From Anaeromyxobacteraceae bacterium (lineage in GTDB: Bacteria > Myxococcota > Myxococcia > Myxococcales > Anaeromyxobacteraceae), in assembly GCA_047602405.1 (NCBI GenBank), contig JASGHJ010000001.1, positions 1,600,001-1,664,000 of the forward strand: DNA of 64,000 nt, read 5' to 3'. The notes beneath the pieces were generated by a model that did no database searches, had not been told where the DNA came from, and saw only the letters and a program-made list of their open reading frames with translations. Every line of letters starts with the position of its first letter. Position 1 is the first letter of the stretch. The translations under genes were made by a program, and so were the position numbers. This document shows positions 31,316-43,878 of the stretch, one piece after another.

Positions 31316-31424
31316 GGCCCGCCCCGGCAGCAACAGCCCGCCAAAGACGAGAGCCGGTCACCGCCAGGGGAGGGCGGGACCGGCTCGGGTGGGGGACCGC
31401 GGGGGAACCGCGGGGGGTGCGGAC

Positions 31425-31646
31425 CTACGCGACGACCTCGATGGTGGAGCCCTGCTTCGGCAGCACCTGCACCGGCGCCGGCGGGGGGGTGTTGCCGGCG
31501 GGCGCGGTGGCGAGCTTCGAGCCGGCGTTCGCCGTGCTCGCGGCCGTCTCGATGAGCTTCAGGGCCTGCTGCCCCTGCACGTCTTCGTTCGAGCGGACGA
31601 TGTTGAGCGTTGCGGCCTGGAGCTCTGCGCCGATGGCGTTCTTCAT
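31425..31646 (-). CDS. Small protein, YjfB/putative motility protein-like
   Basis: QGQQALKLIETA and terminal GSTIEVVA resemble the YjfB pattern. Confidence 0.6.
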   Translation of the reverse strand: MKNAIGAELQAATLNIVRSNEDVQGQQALKLIETAASTANAGSKLATAPAGNTPPPAPVQVLPKQGSTIEVVA

Positions 31647-31799
31647 GGGCTGGGGGATGAGCAAGGACCGGGCCCGCCGGCCGATCCGCCAAGTGGGCAG
31701 GATCGGCCGGGTTCGGGTTTGGTCGGCGTGGTCGTCCGGCGCCCCTGGGTCAGGTCGCGTGGGGTCTGCTGCGGGTGGGGGCCACGCCTACACGGCGAC

Positions 31800-32968
31800 T
31801 CACCCGCCGCGCCCGTCGCTTCCCGCGGCCCGCTCGACCGGCAGCCGCAGCCGGAACGTGGTGCCGGCCGCCGAGGTGGTGAAGTCCACCTGGCCGCCCA
31901 GCATCCGCTCGCCGAAGAGCTGCATGGCGAACGTGCCGAGGCCGCGGCCCGGGCCGGCCTTGGTCGAGAAGTGCCGCTGGAACACCCGCGCCCGGATCGC
32001 CTCCGGGATGGTGCGGGGGTTCGTGACCTCGAGGACGAGGTGGCTCCCGTCGGCCCGGGCGCCGAGCGTCACCTCGTCGCCCTCGTCGCTCGCCTCGCAC
32101 GCGTTCACGAGCATGTTCACGAGCACGTGCTGGACGAGGAGCGGATCGGTCGGGAGCGCCACCCGCGGCGCCGGGAGCACGCGCAGCTGCCGCCCGCGCG
32201 CCGCGGGCGTGTGCGCCAGCACGGCGTGGGCCCGGTTCAGGAGCTCCTGCGCGCGGGTGACGACGCGCGAGGGCTGGTAGCCGGCGGGGTCGTCGGAGAC
32301 GAGCGCCCGGTGCAGGCCGATCTCCTTGAGGAGCTGGGCCGAGAGCAGGCGTGCGTCGCTCACGACCTCCGCGTCGGGCGGCTGGCCCGGGGCGAGCTCG
32401 GCCACCACGCCCGGAGCCCTTGCGCGAGGTTGGCGAGGTCGTGGGTGAAGGCGCGCTCCGCCTCGGCGTGCCGCTGCTCGCCCGTGACGTCGGTGAGCGC
32501 GATGACGACGAACCGCGCGTCCTCGAGCTCGAGCGGGGCCGCGCGCACCTTGAGCATGCGGGCGCCGCCGCCGGCGAGCTTGAGCGCGCAGCTCCGCTCC
32601 GTCTCGCCGTGGCGGCTCGCCGCGACGATGCCCGCGGCGAGGCCGCAGCTCGCGCACGGCACGCAGGTGCCGCAGCCGTCGGGGCCGGTGGCGGGGAACG
32701 CGCACCCGAGCACCTCCCCCGGGCGCGCGCCGAGGACCGCCTCGGGCGCGCCGTCGCCCACGAGCGCGAGCCACGCGGGGTTGTACGCGACGATGACCCG
32801 CTGCGCGTCCACCACCGCGGCGGCGCCGGCGGTGCTCCTCAGGAGCGCGGTGACGATGGGACTCCCGGTGACGCGGGCGATCTCCGCCCGGAGCGCCTCC
32901 GGTGACGGCCGCCCGGCGGGCAGGTGATGCGTGGACTTCGACCTCCCGGCTCCGGGCCCGTCGGTCAT
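31800..32968 (-). pseudogene. Sensor histidine kinase with Cys-rich PAS-like domain, frameshifted at about 32412 (probable sequencing error)
   Basis: H-box FTHDLANL in the 32360-33022 frame; NMLVNACEA, FSTKAG and GRGLGTF in the 31800-32774 frame. Confidence 0.8.
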
Positions 32969-33044
32969 GGCGATCCCCCGGGCGCGAGGATGGTCGTTCC
33001 GCGCGCCCTTGGCAATCCTCACCCGTGCGAGCCCCCGGGCTCCG

Positions 33045-33656
33045 TCACCCGGGCGCGCCGGCCGTCCGGTGGAACACCAGCAGCCGGTCGCCCTCCTCCG
33101 GCATCGGGAGGTCGGCGGCGAGCGCGAGCCCGCGGCGGGCGGCGGCCCGGACGAGGGCGTCGCCGTCGCGCACGCCGAGCGCGGGGTCGTACGCGCGGAG
33201 CTTCCCGTCGATGCGCCGGAGGCGCTCGCCCATCGGCGCGCCGCCGCGGGTGAACGGACCGTGAACGGCGAGCGGCGCGCCTGCGGGCAGCACCCGGACG
33301 GCGCCGGCCCAGAGCGCCTCGGCGCACGCAGGGGGCGCGGCGTGCAGGACGTTGAGGCACAGGAGCGCGTCGGCGCTGCGGGCGGTCCAGGCGGGTGCGA
33401 GGAGGTCGAGGTCGAGGGGCGCGAGCAGGTTCGGGAGGCGCGCCTCGGCGGACCACGCGCGGATCGACGCGCGCGCCTCGGGATCGGGGTCGGAGGGCTG
33501 GAAGGTGAGGCCCGGGTAGGTCGCCGCGAGGTGCAACGCGTGCTCGCCGGTGCCGCTGCCGAGCTCGAGCACGAGCCCGGTCCGGGGGAGGTGGTCCCGG
33601 AGCGCGTCGGCGATGAACGCGCGGTTCGCGAGGGCGGCGGCGGCGGTGCGCTTCAC
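33045..33656 (-). CDS. DUF938 SAM-dependent methyltransferase-like protein
   Basis: [23 protein letters not shown] and LGVRD. Confidence 0.85.
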   Translation of the reverse strand: MKRTAAAALANRAFIADALRDHLPRTGLVLELGSGTGEHALHLAATYPGLTFQPSDPDPEARASIRAWSAEARLPNLLAPLDLDLLAPAWTARSADALLCLNVLHAAPPACAEALWAGAVRVLPAGAPLAVHGPFTRGGAPMGERLRRIDGKLRAYDPALGVRDGDALVRAAARRGLALAADLPMPEEGDRLLVFHRTAGAPG

Positions 33657-33683
33657 GGTGGGAAGGGCTACGGTGAACGCACC

Positions 33684-34854
33684 ATGCCCTCCGCCGCCCG
33701 CCCCGTCCACCGCGCGCTGATCGGGGCCCTCGCGCTCGCGGCCTGCGCGGGGCCACGCGAGGCGGCGCCCGCCCGCCCGGCCGGCGCCGCGCCCGCCGCG
33801 CGCGGACCTTCGCGGCACCCGGCGGAGCGCGAGCCCGCGGAGCGCCAGACCTTCCCGGTGCTCGACCAGGGCCGGCTCTCGATCGAGATCCCGAAGGGGT
33901 GGACGGTGCGCGTGGCGGAGCTCGCGCCCGGCATGCCGCCGTCCATCCGGATCGATCCCCCGGGCGGCGGCGCGCTCTTCGTCGCGCCGCTCTACGACCC
34001 CGAGCAGGGCGACGGCGCCGCGACCGCGCGCCTCTTCACCGAGCTCGCCCGGCGCAAGGCCCTCGAGTCCGCGGACGGCGAGCCGGCGATCCAGCTCATC
34101 GAGGGGCCCGCCGGCGAGGAGCTCGGGAGCTGGTTCGTCGCGGCCGACCGGGACTACGCCACGCCGGGCCCCGGCGAGGAGCGCTGGCGCAACATGCTCC
34201 GCGGCGCGGTGCACCCCGGGCGCCTGCTCGTGTCGTTCACCTGGTTCGACGACGTGGCCGGCCCGCAGCGGGAGCAGGTGCTCGCGCTCGTGCGCGGCGC
34301 GCGCCACGAGGCCGCGGCCGCGGCGCAGGCGCCGGCCGCGCCGCCGGCCGGCGGCGAGGGGAAGTTCGAGCTCACGCCCGATCCCGGCGCGTCCACCGTG
34401 CCGCTCGCGGTGCAGGAGCCCGGCGGCGCGTTCACGGTGCTCGTCGACCTGCCCGGCTTCAAGCTCTACGCGCCGCGCGCCTCGCCGGACGGCGCCGGCA
34501 CGCTCGTGCTCGGCGAGGATCCCGGGAGCGGGATCGTGGCGTCGGTGACCATCGGGCCCGCCGACGGCGCCGCCGACGCGCGCGCGTGCCGCGACGCGAA
34601 GCTCGCGCGCCTCCGGAAGGCCGCGCCCGAATCTCGCCGAGGTCCGCACCGCGGAGGCCGCCGAGGCGGCGCGCCTCACCTACGCGCTCCGGGAGCTCCG
34701 CGGCCGCGAGGTCCGCCAGGAGCACGCGCACACCTTCCTCCTCCGCGCCGGGCGGTGCGTCGACGTGCACGCCTCGAAGGCGGACCCCGCGCCGGGGGAT
34801 GGCGCGACGCTCCAGAAGATCCTCGCGAGCGCCCGCTTCGCGACCACGCTCTAG
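33684..34854 (+). pseudogene. Hypothetical lipoprotein, frameshifted at about 34630
   Basis: Lipobox LAAC; coding frame continues as [11 protein letters not shown]...[10 protein letters not shown]...[10 protein letters not shown]. Confidence 0.6.
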
Positions 34855-34872
34855 GCGGTAGAGTGGCGGGCC

Positions 34873-36525
<1,653 letters not shown>

Positions 36526-36537
36526 GTTTCGCGGGGG

Positions 36538-36593
36538 GCTCGTCCCTCGACTCCGGGCCCGCTTGCGCGGGCCCTACGCTCGGGATGAGCGGG
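36538..36593 (+). repeat. REP-like repeat copy
   Basis: gctcgtccctcgactccgggcccgcttgcgcgggccctacgctcgggatgagcggg. Confidence 0.85.
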
Positions 36594-36621
36594 CTGTTCA
36601 TCCCGGCAGCGAGGTCCACTC

Positions 36622-37362
36622 ATGCTCGAGCACAGCGCGTCGTTCACGGTCCACACCTTCGAGGTCGACGCCTTCGGCGCGCTGGAGGTCCCGGCGCTCT
36701 CCGGCTTCCTCGGCGAGATCGCCGGGCGCCACGCCCAGGAGCTCGGCGTCGGCATGGAGGCGATGTTCTCCCGCGGCATCACCTGGGTGCTCGGGCGCCA
36801 GCGCATCGAGGTGCCGGCGGAGGTGCGGCTCGGCGACGTGCTCGAGGTCGTCACCTGGCCGGCCGGCATCGAGAAGCTCGTCGCCATGCGGCACTTCCGG
36901 GTGCTGCGCGGGCAAGAGGTCGTCGCGCAGGCGACCTCGCACTGGCTCGTGCTCGACCTCGCGACCCGCCGGCCCCGGCCGCCCGCCGAGGTGGTCGACC
37001 CGCGGCTCCCGCGCGAGGTGCTCCCCCCGGTCGTGCCGCCGCCCTCGAAGCTCCCCGCCCTCGAGGCCTGGGACGAGGATCGCCGGTTCACGGTGCGTTA
37101 CTCGGACATCGACATGAACCTCCACGTCACGAACACGAGCTACGTGGCGTGGGCGGTCGAGGCGGTGCCGAAGGACGTCTGGAAGGCGCGCCGCCTCGCC
37201 TCGGTGGACGTCTCGTTCCTCGCCGAGTGCCACCACGGCGCGGCGATCCGCTCGCGCGTGAAGCAGACCGGCGAGGGCACCTTCGCCCACGCCATCGTGC
37301 GGGAGGAGGACGGCAAGGAGCTCGCCCGCCTCGCGACCGGCTGGGTGCCGCGGAGCGCCTGA
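36622..37362 (+). CDS. Acyl-ACP thioesterase (double hotdog)
   Basis: EVDAFG, TWVLGRQRIEV and VRYSDIDMNLHVTNTSY. Confidence 0.88.
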   Translation: MLEHSASFTVHTFEVDAFGALEVPALSGFLGEIAGRHAQELGVGMEAMFSRGITWVLGRQRIEVPAEVRLGDVLEVVTWPAGIEKLVAMRHFRVLRGQEVVAQATSHWLVLDLATRRPRPPAEVVDPRLPREVLPPVVPPPSKLPALEAWDEDRRFTVRYSDIDMNLHVTNTSYVAWAVEAVPKDVWKARRLASVDVSFLAECHHGAAIRSRVKQTGEGTFAHAIVREEDGKELARLATGWVPRSA

Positions 37363-37375
37363 CGCGGGGGGTCCG

Positions 37376-37969
37376 GTGATGGCCGAGATGCGCGCCGCGC
37401 AGCTGCAGGAGGACCTCGTCGCGCTCGCCGCGCTGGGCGACGAGGTCGCCCGGCGGGTGCTCGCGGATCTCCCGCCCGAGGTGGTGGCGCGCATCCGGGA
37501 GGCGACGCGGGTCGACTGGCTCTCCATCCGCGAGGTCCACGAGCCGTTTCTCCACGCCGTCCGCAGGCACGCCGGGGACGAGGGGCTGCGGACCTTCGCG
37601 CGCGTCGCCGCGCTCCGCTCCGCGACCTCGAGGTTCGTCGGGCCCATCATCGAGCCGCTGGTGCGCGTGTTCGGCCTGGGGCCGGAGGTCATGCTGCGCG
37701 TTCCGCCCACCGCCTACCGCGCCACCTTCCGGGGCATGGGCGAGCTCGTCCGGCTCTCCGCGGCGCCGAACCTGGTGCGGTTCGCGCTGCGCGGCCTGCC
37801 CTCGGACATCGACCGCGAGCCGATGTACCTGGTCGTGGCGGGCGCCCTCGAGGGCGCGGTGGCCCACGCGAAGGTGGCGGGGCGGGCGGAGATCCTCGCC
37901 GGCGAGGGCGGCGCGGACGCGGTGTTCGAGGTGCGCTGGCCGTCGCCCCGGCCGTCCCGCGATCGGTGA
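37376..37969 (+). CDS. Hypothetical protein
   Basis: Coding-like codon usage; follows the thioesterase on the same strand. Confidence 0.6.
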   Translation: MMAEMRAAQLQEDLVALAALGDEVARRVLADLPPEVVARIREATRVDWLSIREVHEPFLHAVRRHAGDEGLRTFARVAALRSATSRFVGPIIEPLVRVFGLGPEVMLRVPPTAYRATFRGMGELVRLSAAPNLVRFALRGLPSDIDREPMYLVVAGALEGAVAHAKVAGRAEILAGEGGADAVFEVRWPSPRPSRDR

Positions 37970-37975
37970 ACGGGT

Positions 37976-38338
37976 TCAGCCGTCGAGCCAGCTGTTCCCG
38001 GCGCTGATGCAGGACGACTTCACGACCTGGACCTCGCTGGCGCCCAGCCCGTAGTACGCGTAGATGACCTGCAGCGAACCCGCGGCGGCCACGCAGCGGC
38101 CCGAGCGCCCGGCGTCGGGACAGGACGCCGTCGAGAACGTCCCGCCGGTCGAGGCGCAGCTCGTCTGGAGCTGCTGCAGCTGGAACTGATCGATCCCGCG
38201 GTGCTCGTGGCAAATGGCCGGCGACTCGATGCACGAGCCGGCCAGCCCGCCGCCGCCCGCCGGGTCACCGTCGCTGGAGCCGCCGCCGCACGCCGAGAGG
38301 GCGAGGCCGAGCCCCGCCGCGATCCAGAGCCGCGTCAT
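37976..38338 (-). CDS. Small Cys-rich lipoprotein
   Basis: MTRLWIAAGLGLALSAC lipobox, six further Cys, GGAGG RBS. Confidence 0.75.
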   Translation of the reverse strand: MTRLWIAAGLGLALSACGGGSSDGDPAGGGGLAGSCIESPAICHEHRGIDQFQLQQLQTSCASTGGTFSTASCPDAGRSGRCVAAAGSLQVIYAYYGLGASEVQVVKSSCISAGNSWLDG

Positions 38339-38474
38339 GCGTTCACCCTCCGTACGGAGAGCCTTCCACGCGCCGGCCGGTCCTGCAACGGCGGGGATGA
38401 CGCACCCTGGGCGGCGCGCCCGGCCCGCGGTGATACGTCGCGGACTGCCTGCGCACCGCGGGTGTGGCGGGTGG

Positions 38475-38527
38475 CACGCCCCGGAAGTTACACCACCGGT
38501 GGAGCGCATGACGGATTCCGGGTTCAC
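38475..38527. repeat. 53-bp conserved intergenic motif, copy 2
   Basis: 48/53 identical by eye to 13830-13882. Confidence 0.8.
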
Positions 38528-38559
38528 CAGAAGGTGAGGGGCGCGCGGCGAACGCCGCC

Positions 38560-39096
38560 CTACCGCCCGAACATCCACGTCACGACGACCACCGCCGCCG
38601 CGAAGCCGGCGAGGTCGGCGAGCAGCGCCGCGGGGAGCGCCTGGCGGTACCGCGAGACGCCGACGGCGCCGAGGTAGACCGCGAGCACGTAGAAGGTCGT
38701 CTCGGTCGAGCCCGCCATGACCGACGCGAGCCGGCCGGCATAGGAGTCCGGACCGTCGGAGCGCAGCACGTCGGCGACGACGCCGTTCGCGGCGCTGCCG
38801 GACAGCGGCCGCACGAGCACGAGCGGGAGCACGCTCGCCGGGATGCCGAGGCGGTCCGTGAGCGGCGCGACGAGGGCCGCGAAGGCGTCCATCGCGCCGG
38901 AGGCGCGCAGCATGCCGAGCGCGACGAAGACCGCGACGAGCGGCGGGATGATCCGGAGCGCGGTCTCGAAGCCGCCCTTCGCGCCCTCGAGGAACGCCGG
39001 GTAGACCTTCACCCTGCGGAACGTGGCGAGGAGCGGGATGCCCGCGAGGAGGAGCGGGATCGCCCAGGTCGAGACGGCGTCGACGGCCTCGCGCAT
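38560..39096 (-). CDS. spmB: Spore maturation protein B-like (nucleoside recognition gate domain)
   Basis: FLEGAKGGF, LVRPLSGS and GSTETTFYVLAVY. Confidence 0.88.
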   Translation of the reverse strand: MREAVDAVSTWAIPLLLAGIPLLATFRRVKVYPAFLEGAKGGFETALRIIPPLVAVFVALGMLRASGAMDAFAALVAPLTDRLGIPASVLPLVLVRPLSGSAANGVVADVLRSDGPDSYAGRLASVMAGSTETTFYVLAVYLGAVGVSRYRQALPAALLADLAGFAAAVVVVTWMFGR

Positions 39097-39097
39097 C

Positions 39098-39700
39098 TCA
39101 GGGACCCCCGGCGGGAGCGGCGGGCGGCGGGAAGAGCGGCGCGAGGAGGCGGGAGGCGACGGCCGCGACGACGACGCCGCAGGCCGAGGCGACGAGCGTC
39201 GGCCCGAGGATCTCGGCGGGCGCGTGCGAGCCGGCCGCGGTGCGCAGCGCGATGACGGTCGCGGGCACGAGCTGGATGGAGGCGGTGTTGAGCGCGACGA
39301 GCGTCGCCTGCGCGTCGGTCGCCGTGCCCCGGTGCGGGTTCAAGGACTCGAGCTCGGCCATCGCCTTCATGCCGAACGGCGTCGCGGCGTTGGCGAGCCC
39401 GAGCAGGTTCGCGCCGAGGTTCATGACGATGGCGCCCATGGCCGGGTGGTCGGCGGGCACGGAGGGGAAGAGGAAGCGCAGGAGCGGCCGGAAGGCGCGC
39501 GCGATCGCGCGGACGACGCCGGCCTCCTCGGCGACCTTCATGAGCCCGAGCCACAGCGCGAGGACGCCCGCGAGCCCGATCGAGAAGGTGACCGCCCTCC
39601 CGGCCGACTCGACGGCGGCGGCGGTGAGCGCGGCCATGCGACCGTTCCACGCGGCGAACGCGACCGCGATCGTGACGAGCGCCGTGAAGAGCAGGCCCAC
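39098..39700 (-). CDS. spmA: Spore maturation protein A-like
   Basis: LWLGLMKVAEEAG, NLLGLANAATPFGMKAM and LNTASIQLVPATVIALR. Confidence 0.88.
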   Translation of the reverse strand: MGLLFTALVTIAVAFAAWNGRMAALTAAAVESAGRAVTFSIGLAGVLALWLGLMKVAEEAGVVRAIARAFRPLLRFLFPSVPADHPAMGAIVMNLGANLLGLANAATPFGMKAMAELESLNPHRGTATDAQATLVALNTASIQLVPATVIALRTAAGSHAPAEILGPTLVASACGVVVAAVASRLLAPLFPPPAAPAGGP

Positions 39701-39754
39701 GGCGGGATGGTCGCACGACGGGTGCCGAGGTCCATTTCTTGATAGAACCCGGGC

Positions 39755-41308
39755 GTGAACCGCCCCTCGCGCGCCGCCGCACTCCTGGTCTCCCTCGCCG
39801 CGCTGCTCTCCGCCTGCCCCGAGCGGCGCGAGGCGCTGCAGCCGCCCGCGAAGAAGCCACCGCAGGCGGCGCTCGCGCCCGCGCCGCAGGGCGGCCCCGA
39901 CGTGCTCTCGGTGCAGCGGCCGGACGGGCCGGAGTGGTTCGGGCTGTACCTCCTCGGCAAGAAGGCCGGCTGGACGAAGCTCTCGTTCGCCCGCGAGATG
40001 CGCCGCGGCCAGGCCGTGCTCGTGGGCCGGAGCGAGACCGTGCTCTCCGCGACCGTGGGCACGAACACCGTCGAGCGGAAGGTCGTCGAGGAGCGCGTCT
40101 ACGAGGCGCGCCCGGCCGGCCCGCTGCTCGAGTTCTCCGGCGAGTGGTCGGGCGACGGCGGCGAGCGGAAGGTGTCCGGCAGCTGCGCCGCCGCGATCTG
40201 CCAGCTCACCGAGAGCACCGCGAGCGGCACCCACCGGAAGACCATCGAGGGCGTCGCCGAGACCGCCGACCAGGCCGACGCGGTCCGGCTCGCCTCCGCG
40301 CGTCGGGCGACCCAGCGCGGGCGGCAGCTCGACCTCGAGAAGCTGCGCGTGAAGGACGTGGAGACCGCCTTCCTCCGGCGGGACCGCATGGCCGGCGGCG
40401 GCGTGGAGACCCCGGTCTCGGTGGTCGCCGAGGCCGAGGTGGGCGACCGGATGGCGGTCGAGTACCGCGTCGCCGACGACGGCCGGCTGCTCGAGATGCG
40501 CCTCGGCGAGGCGCTCGTCGCGCGGCCCGAGGCGGAGGACGTCGCGAAGAAGCTCGACGAGCTGGATCTCTTCGAGCTCGCCCGCGTGCAGGTGCCGTCG
40601 CCGCTCCCGCGCGACGTGCCCGCCACCGTGAAGTACCGGCTCTCCGGCCTCCCGGCCTCGTTCCAGGTGGCCGACGCCCGGCAGCGGTACGAGCGGGCCC
40701 CGGGCGGCGGTGACCCCGTCCCCGACGCGGTGCTCACCGTCACCGCGAAGGTCCCGGCCGCGGCCGACCCCTCGAAGGACACGCCGCTCGCGCGCGCGAG
40801 GGCGGGCGTCGACCCGGACGAGCTCGCCTCGGGGCCGCAGGCCGACTCCGAGGATCCCGGCATCCAGGCGCTCGCGCGCCAGGTCGTGGGCGACACGAAG
40901 GGCACCTACGCCGCGGCGCTCAAGCTCTCCGACCACGTGTTCCACCGCCTCGAGAAGGCCTACGGCGCGAGCCACGACCGCGCGAGCGACGTGCTCCGCG
41001 CGGGGAAGGGCGACTGCACCGAGCACTCGGTGCTGCTCGTCGCGCTCGCCCGCGCCGCCGGCATCCCGGCCCGCGGCGTCCACGGCCTCGTCTACGCGCG
41101 CTACGACGACAAGGTCGACGCGCTCTACTGGCATGCCTGGGTCGAGGTGCGGAGCGCCGGCGAGTGGATCGCCGTCGATCCGACCTTTGGCCAGGCGGTC
41201 GCCGACGCCACCCACGTCGCGCTCGGCCGCGGCACGCAGGTCGACGCGGTGGGCCTCCTCGGCGCCCTGAAGGTGAAGTCCGTCGAGGTGAGCGTGGGGA
41301 AGAAGTGA
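39755..41308 (+). CDS. Transglutaminase-like domain lipoprotein
   Basis: Lipobox LSAC; GDCTEHS, HAWVEV and VDPT catalytic triad motifs. Confidence 0.88.
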   Translation: MNRPSRAAALLVSLAALLSACPERREALQPPAKKPPQAALAPAPQGGPDVLSVQRPDGPEWFGLYLLGKKAGWTKLSFAREMRRGQAVLVGRSETVLSATVGTNTVERKVVEERVYEARPAGPLLEFSGEWSGDGGERKVSGSCAAAICQLTESTASGTHRKTIEGVAETADQADAVRLASARRATQRGRQLDLEKLRVKDVETAFLRRDRMAGGGVETPVSVVAEAEVGDRMAVEYRVADDGRLLEMRLGEALVARPEAEDVAKKLDELDLFELARVQVPSPLPRDVPATVKYRLSGLPASFQVADARQRYERAPGGGDPVPDAVLTVTAKVPAAADPSKDTPLARARAGVDPDELASGPQADSEDPGIQALARQVVGDTKGTYAAALKLSDHVFHRLEKAYGASHDRASDVLRAGKGDCTEHSVLLVALARAAGIPARGVHGLVYARYDDKVDALYWHAWVEVRSAGEWIAVDPTFGQAVADATHVALGRGTQVDAVGLLGALKVKSVEVSVGKK

Positions 41309-41382
41309 GGCCCACGCCGTCGACGAGCAGTGAACCCGTCACAGCGCCGGCGCGCAGCCGGCGTGAGCAAGGAGAAGAACCC

Positions 41383-41790
41383 GTGAGAGGTCTCGACCAC
41401 GTCGCCATCCTCGTCAGCGATCTCGACGCCGCGGTGAAGCTCTACCGCGACGTGTACGGCCTCGAGCTCGCCGAGATCGAGGAGGTCCCCACCGAGAAGG
41501 TGCGGGTCGCCATCTTCGGCCACGGCACCGGCCGCATCGAGCTCGTCTCGCCCTCCGGTCCGGACAGCCCGATGGCGAAGGCGCTCGAGAAGCGGGGCGA
41601 GGGGCTGCACCACGTGTGCGTCGAGGTCCCCGACATCGAGAAGGCGATGGCGGCGCTGAAGGAGCAGGGCGCGCCGCTCCTCGACGAGAAGCCGCGCCCG
41701 GGCGCGGGCGGCGCGCGGGTCGCCTTCGTGCACCCGAAGGGCAGCCGCGGGGTGCTGGTGGAGCTGCGCCAGGGCCCGCCGCGGAAGTGA
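41383..41790 (+). CDS. mce: Methylmalonyl-CoA epimerase
   Basis: LDHVAILV, RIELVSP, GEGLHHVCVEV and VAFVHPK...GVLVEL. Confidence 0.88.
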   Translation: MRGLDHVAILVSDLDAAVKLYRDVYGLELAEIEEVPTEKVRVAIFGHGTGRIELVSPSGPDSPMAKALEKRGEGLHHVCVEVPDIEKAMAALKEQGAPLLDEKPRPGAGGARVAFVHPKGSRGVLVELRQGPPRK

Positions 41791-41901
41791 TCGAACGCGC
41801 GCGGCGGCGAGGCATTCCCGGGGCGAGGGACGGCTTGACCGGCCCCCGGCTTCGTGTTTTGGAGAGCGGTCCACGTCCCACCGTCCGATCGGGGAACGCT
41901 C

Positions 41902-43845
41902 ATGATCCGCCTCGCCGCCGCCCTCGCGGCCTCCCTCCTCCTCGCGCCCGCCGCGCTCGCCCAGGCGAAGCCGGACGCCAAGCCCGAGGCGACGAAGCCC
42001 GACGCGGCGAAGCCGGACAAGCCGGCCGCGCCGCTCGACCTCGACGCGAAGACGCAGGAGGCGATCCGGCGCGCGGTCGAGAAGGCCAAGGAGGAGATCC
42101 GCGACGAGGTCCGCGCCGAGCTCCAGGGCGCGCAGTCCGCGGCCGAGTTCCTCGGCACCGCCGCCGAGGGCCCGAAGCTCGAGTTCTTCGAGCTCGACGG
42201 CTACTTCCGCACCCGCGGCCAGCTCTACGACCAGCTCGGCCTGGGCGTGAACTCCGACGCCGCCGGCTTCCCGTTCTTCCCGAAGCCGCTCTTCAGCCCC
42301 GACCGTCGCTCCACCAACGCGACGACGAACATGCGGCTCCGCCTCGAGCCGACCCTCAACGTCTCGGACAACGTGCGGGTGAAGGCGCAGATCGACGTGC
42401 TCGACAACTACGTCCTCGGCTCGTCGGCGAACCTCACGATGGACTCGAGCTGGAACCCGTACTTCGCCTCCGGGTTCTACGGCTCGTCCCGCGTCGCCTA
42501 CGACGGCGACAACCGCAACGACCGCCCGGCGATCACGCCGAAGCGCGCGTGGGCGGAGGCGCAGACCCCGGCCGGCCTCCTCTCCTTCGGCCGCATGCCG
42601 TCCGCCTGGGGCCTCGGCATCCTCACGAACGCGGGCACCGGCCTGGACCAGGACTACGGCGACACCGTCGACCGGATCCAGTTCGCGCTGCCGCCGGTGG
42701 CGACGCCCATCGGCCAGCTCACCTTCATCCCCATGCTCGACTTCGACTCGGAGGGCGCGCTGCAGCTCGACCGCGCCTGGGGCAGCGGCGTGGGCCAGCC
42801 CTTCGACGTCGACTCCGCGGACGACGCGCGCACCTACGCGATCAAGGCGGTGCGGATCGACACCGAGGACGAGCTCCGTCGCAAGCTCGATCGCGGGGAG
42901 TCCTCCTTCAACTTCGGCGCGTACTACAACTACCGCACCCAGCGGAACGTCTTCCCCGACTGGCTGGTGAGCGGCTACAACGCGAACCTCGTCGCGGGCA
43001 TCGGGAACGAGGGCGCCGAGACCTTCGCGAACCGCCGGGCCTACGGCCACGTCATCGACGGCTGGGCGCGCTGGGTCAGCCCGCGCTGGCGCCTCGAGTT
43101 CGAGGGCGTCGGCGCGCTCGGCCACATCGGCAACGCCTTCGTGGTCGCGAACGCCAACATCGGGACCGTCGCCGACCCCGCCATCAAGAGCATGGGCTCG
43201 GTGCTGGTGCGGCAGTGGGGCGCCGTGCTGCAGACCGAGTTCAAGGCCATCCCGAACAAGGTCAGCCTCGGGCTCGAGATCGGCCTCGCCTCGGGCGACA
43301 ACGCGCCGGGCATGGGCAACTCGACCCGCGGCGCGACCTACGACGCCACCTCCGACTCCTTCACCTACCAGCCGTACGGCTCGCTCGAGGGCCCGCAGTT
43401 CGGCGACTTCGCGGCGCTCTCCGGCGCGGGCGGCATCCACCACGACCGGGACATCCGGAACTTCCGCTTCAACCCGGCCTACCGGATCGACGAGGTGCTC
43501 TTCCGCACCATCCTCGGCGGCATCACCGACACGCTCTACGTCCGCCCGAGCCTGCGCTGGGACATGTTCCCGGGCCTCGCCTTGGACACGGCGATCATCT
43601 ACTCGCAGGCGATGTACGGCGAGTCGACCCCGAGCGCCGCGCAGCAGGGCGACGTGAACACCCAGGTCGTCTACGACCACGGCAACAAGGCGCTCGGCCT
43701 CGAGCTCGACACGAAGCTCACGTACACCGGCGTGGACGGCTTCGCGGGCTGGTTCTCGTACGGCCTGCTCCAGCCGCTCGGCGCCTTCGGCACCGGGCTC
43801 TCCCGCGGCCACGCCCTGCAGTTCGGCTTCGCGGCGAAGTTCTGA
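41902..43845 (+). CDS. Myxobacterial outer-membrane beta-barrel protein (TIGR04551-like)
   Basis: Signal peptide; ELDGYFRTR, NMRLRLEP, FGRMPSAWGLGI and NFRFNPAY; C-terminal Phe. Confidence 0.75.
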   Translation: MIRLAAALAASLLLAPAALAQAKPDAKPEATKPDAAKPDKPAAPLDLDAKTQEAIRRAVEKAKEEIRDEVRAELQGAQSAAEFLGTAAEGPKLEFFELDGYFRTRGQLYDQLGLGVNSDAAGFPFFPKPLFSPDRRSTNATTNMRLRLEPTLNVSDNVRVKAQIDVLDNYVLGSSANLTMDSSWNPYFASGFYGSSRVAYDGDNRNDRPAITPKRAWAEAQTPAGLLSFGRMPSAWGLGILTNAGTGLDQDYGDTVDRIQFALPPVATPIGQLTFIPMLDFDSEGALQLDRAWGSGVGQPFDVDSADDARTYAIKAVRIDTEDELRRKLDRGESSFNFGAYYNYRTQRNVFPDWLVSGYNANLVAGIGNEGAETFANRRAYGHVIDGWARWVSPRWRLEFEGVGALGHIGNAFVVANANIGTVADPAIKSMGSVLVRQWGAVLQTEFKAIPNKVSLGLEIGLASGDNAPGMGNSTRGATYDATSDSFTYQPYGSLEGPQFGDFAALSGAGGIHHDRDIRNFRFNPAYRIDEVLFRTILGGITDTLYVRPSLRWDMFPGLALDTAIIYSQAMYGESTPSAAQQGDVNTQVVYDHGNKALGLELDTKLTYTGVDGFAGWFSYGLLQPLGAFGTGLSRGHALQFGFAAKF

Positions 43846-43878
43846 TCCGATCGGATCCTTGATAACGTCGCGCTCCTC

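Noticed and set aside
38560..39700. spmA/spmB as evidence of endospore formation
   Set aside because: These membrane proteins are widespread in non-endospore-forming bacteria and are not diagnostic.
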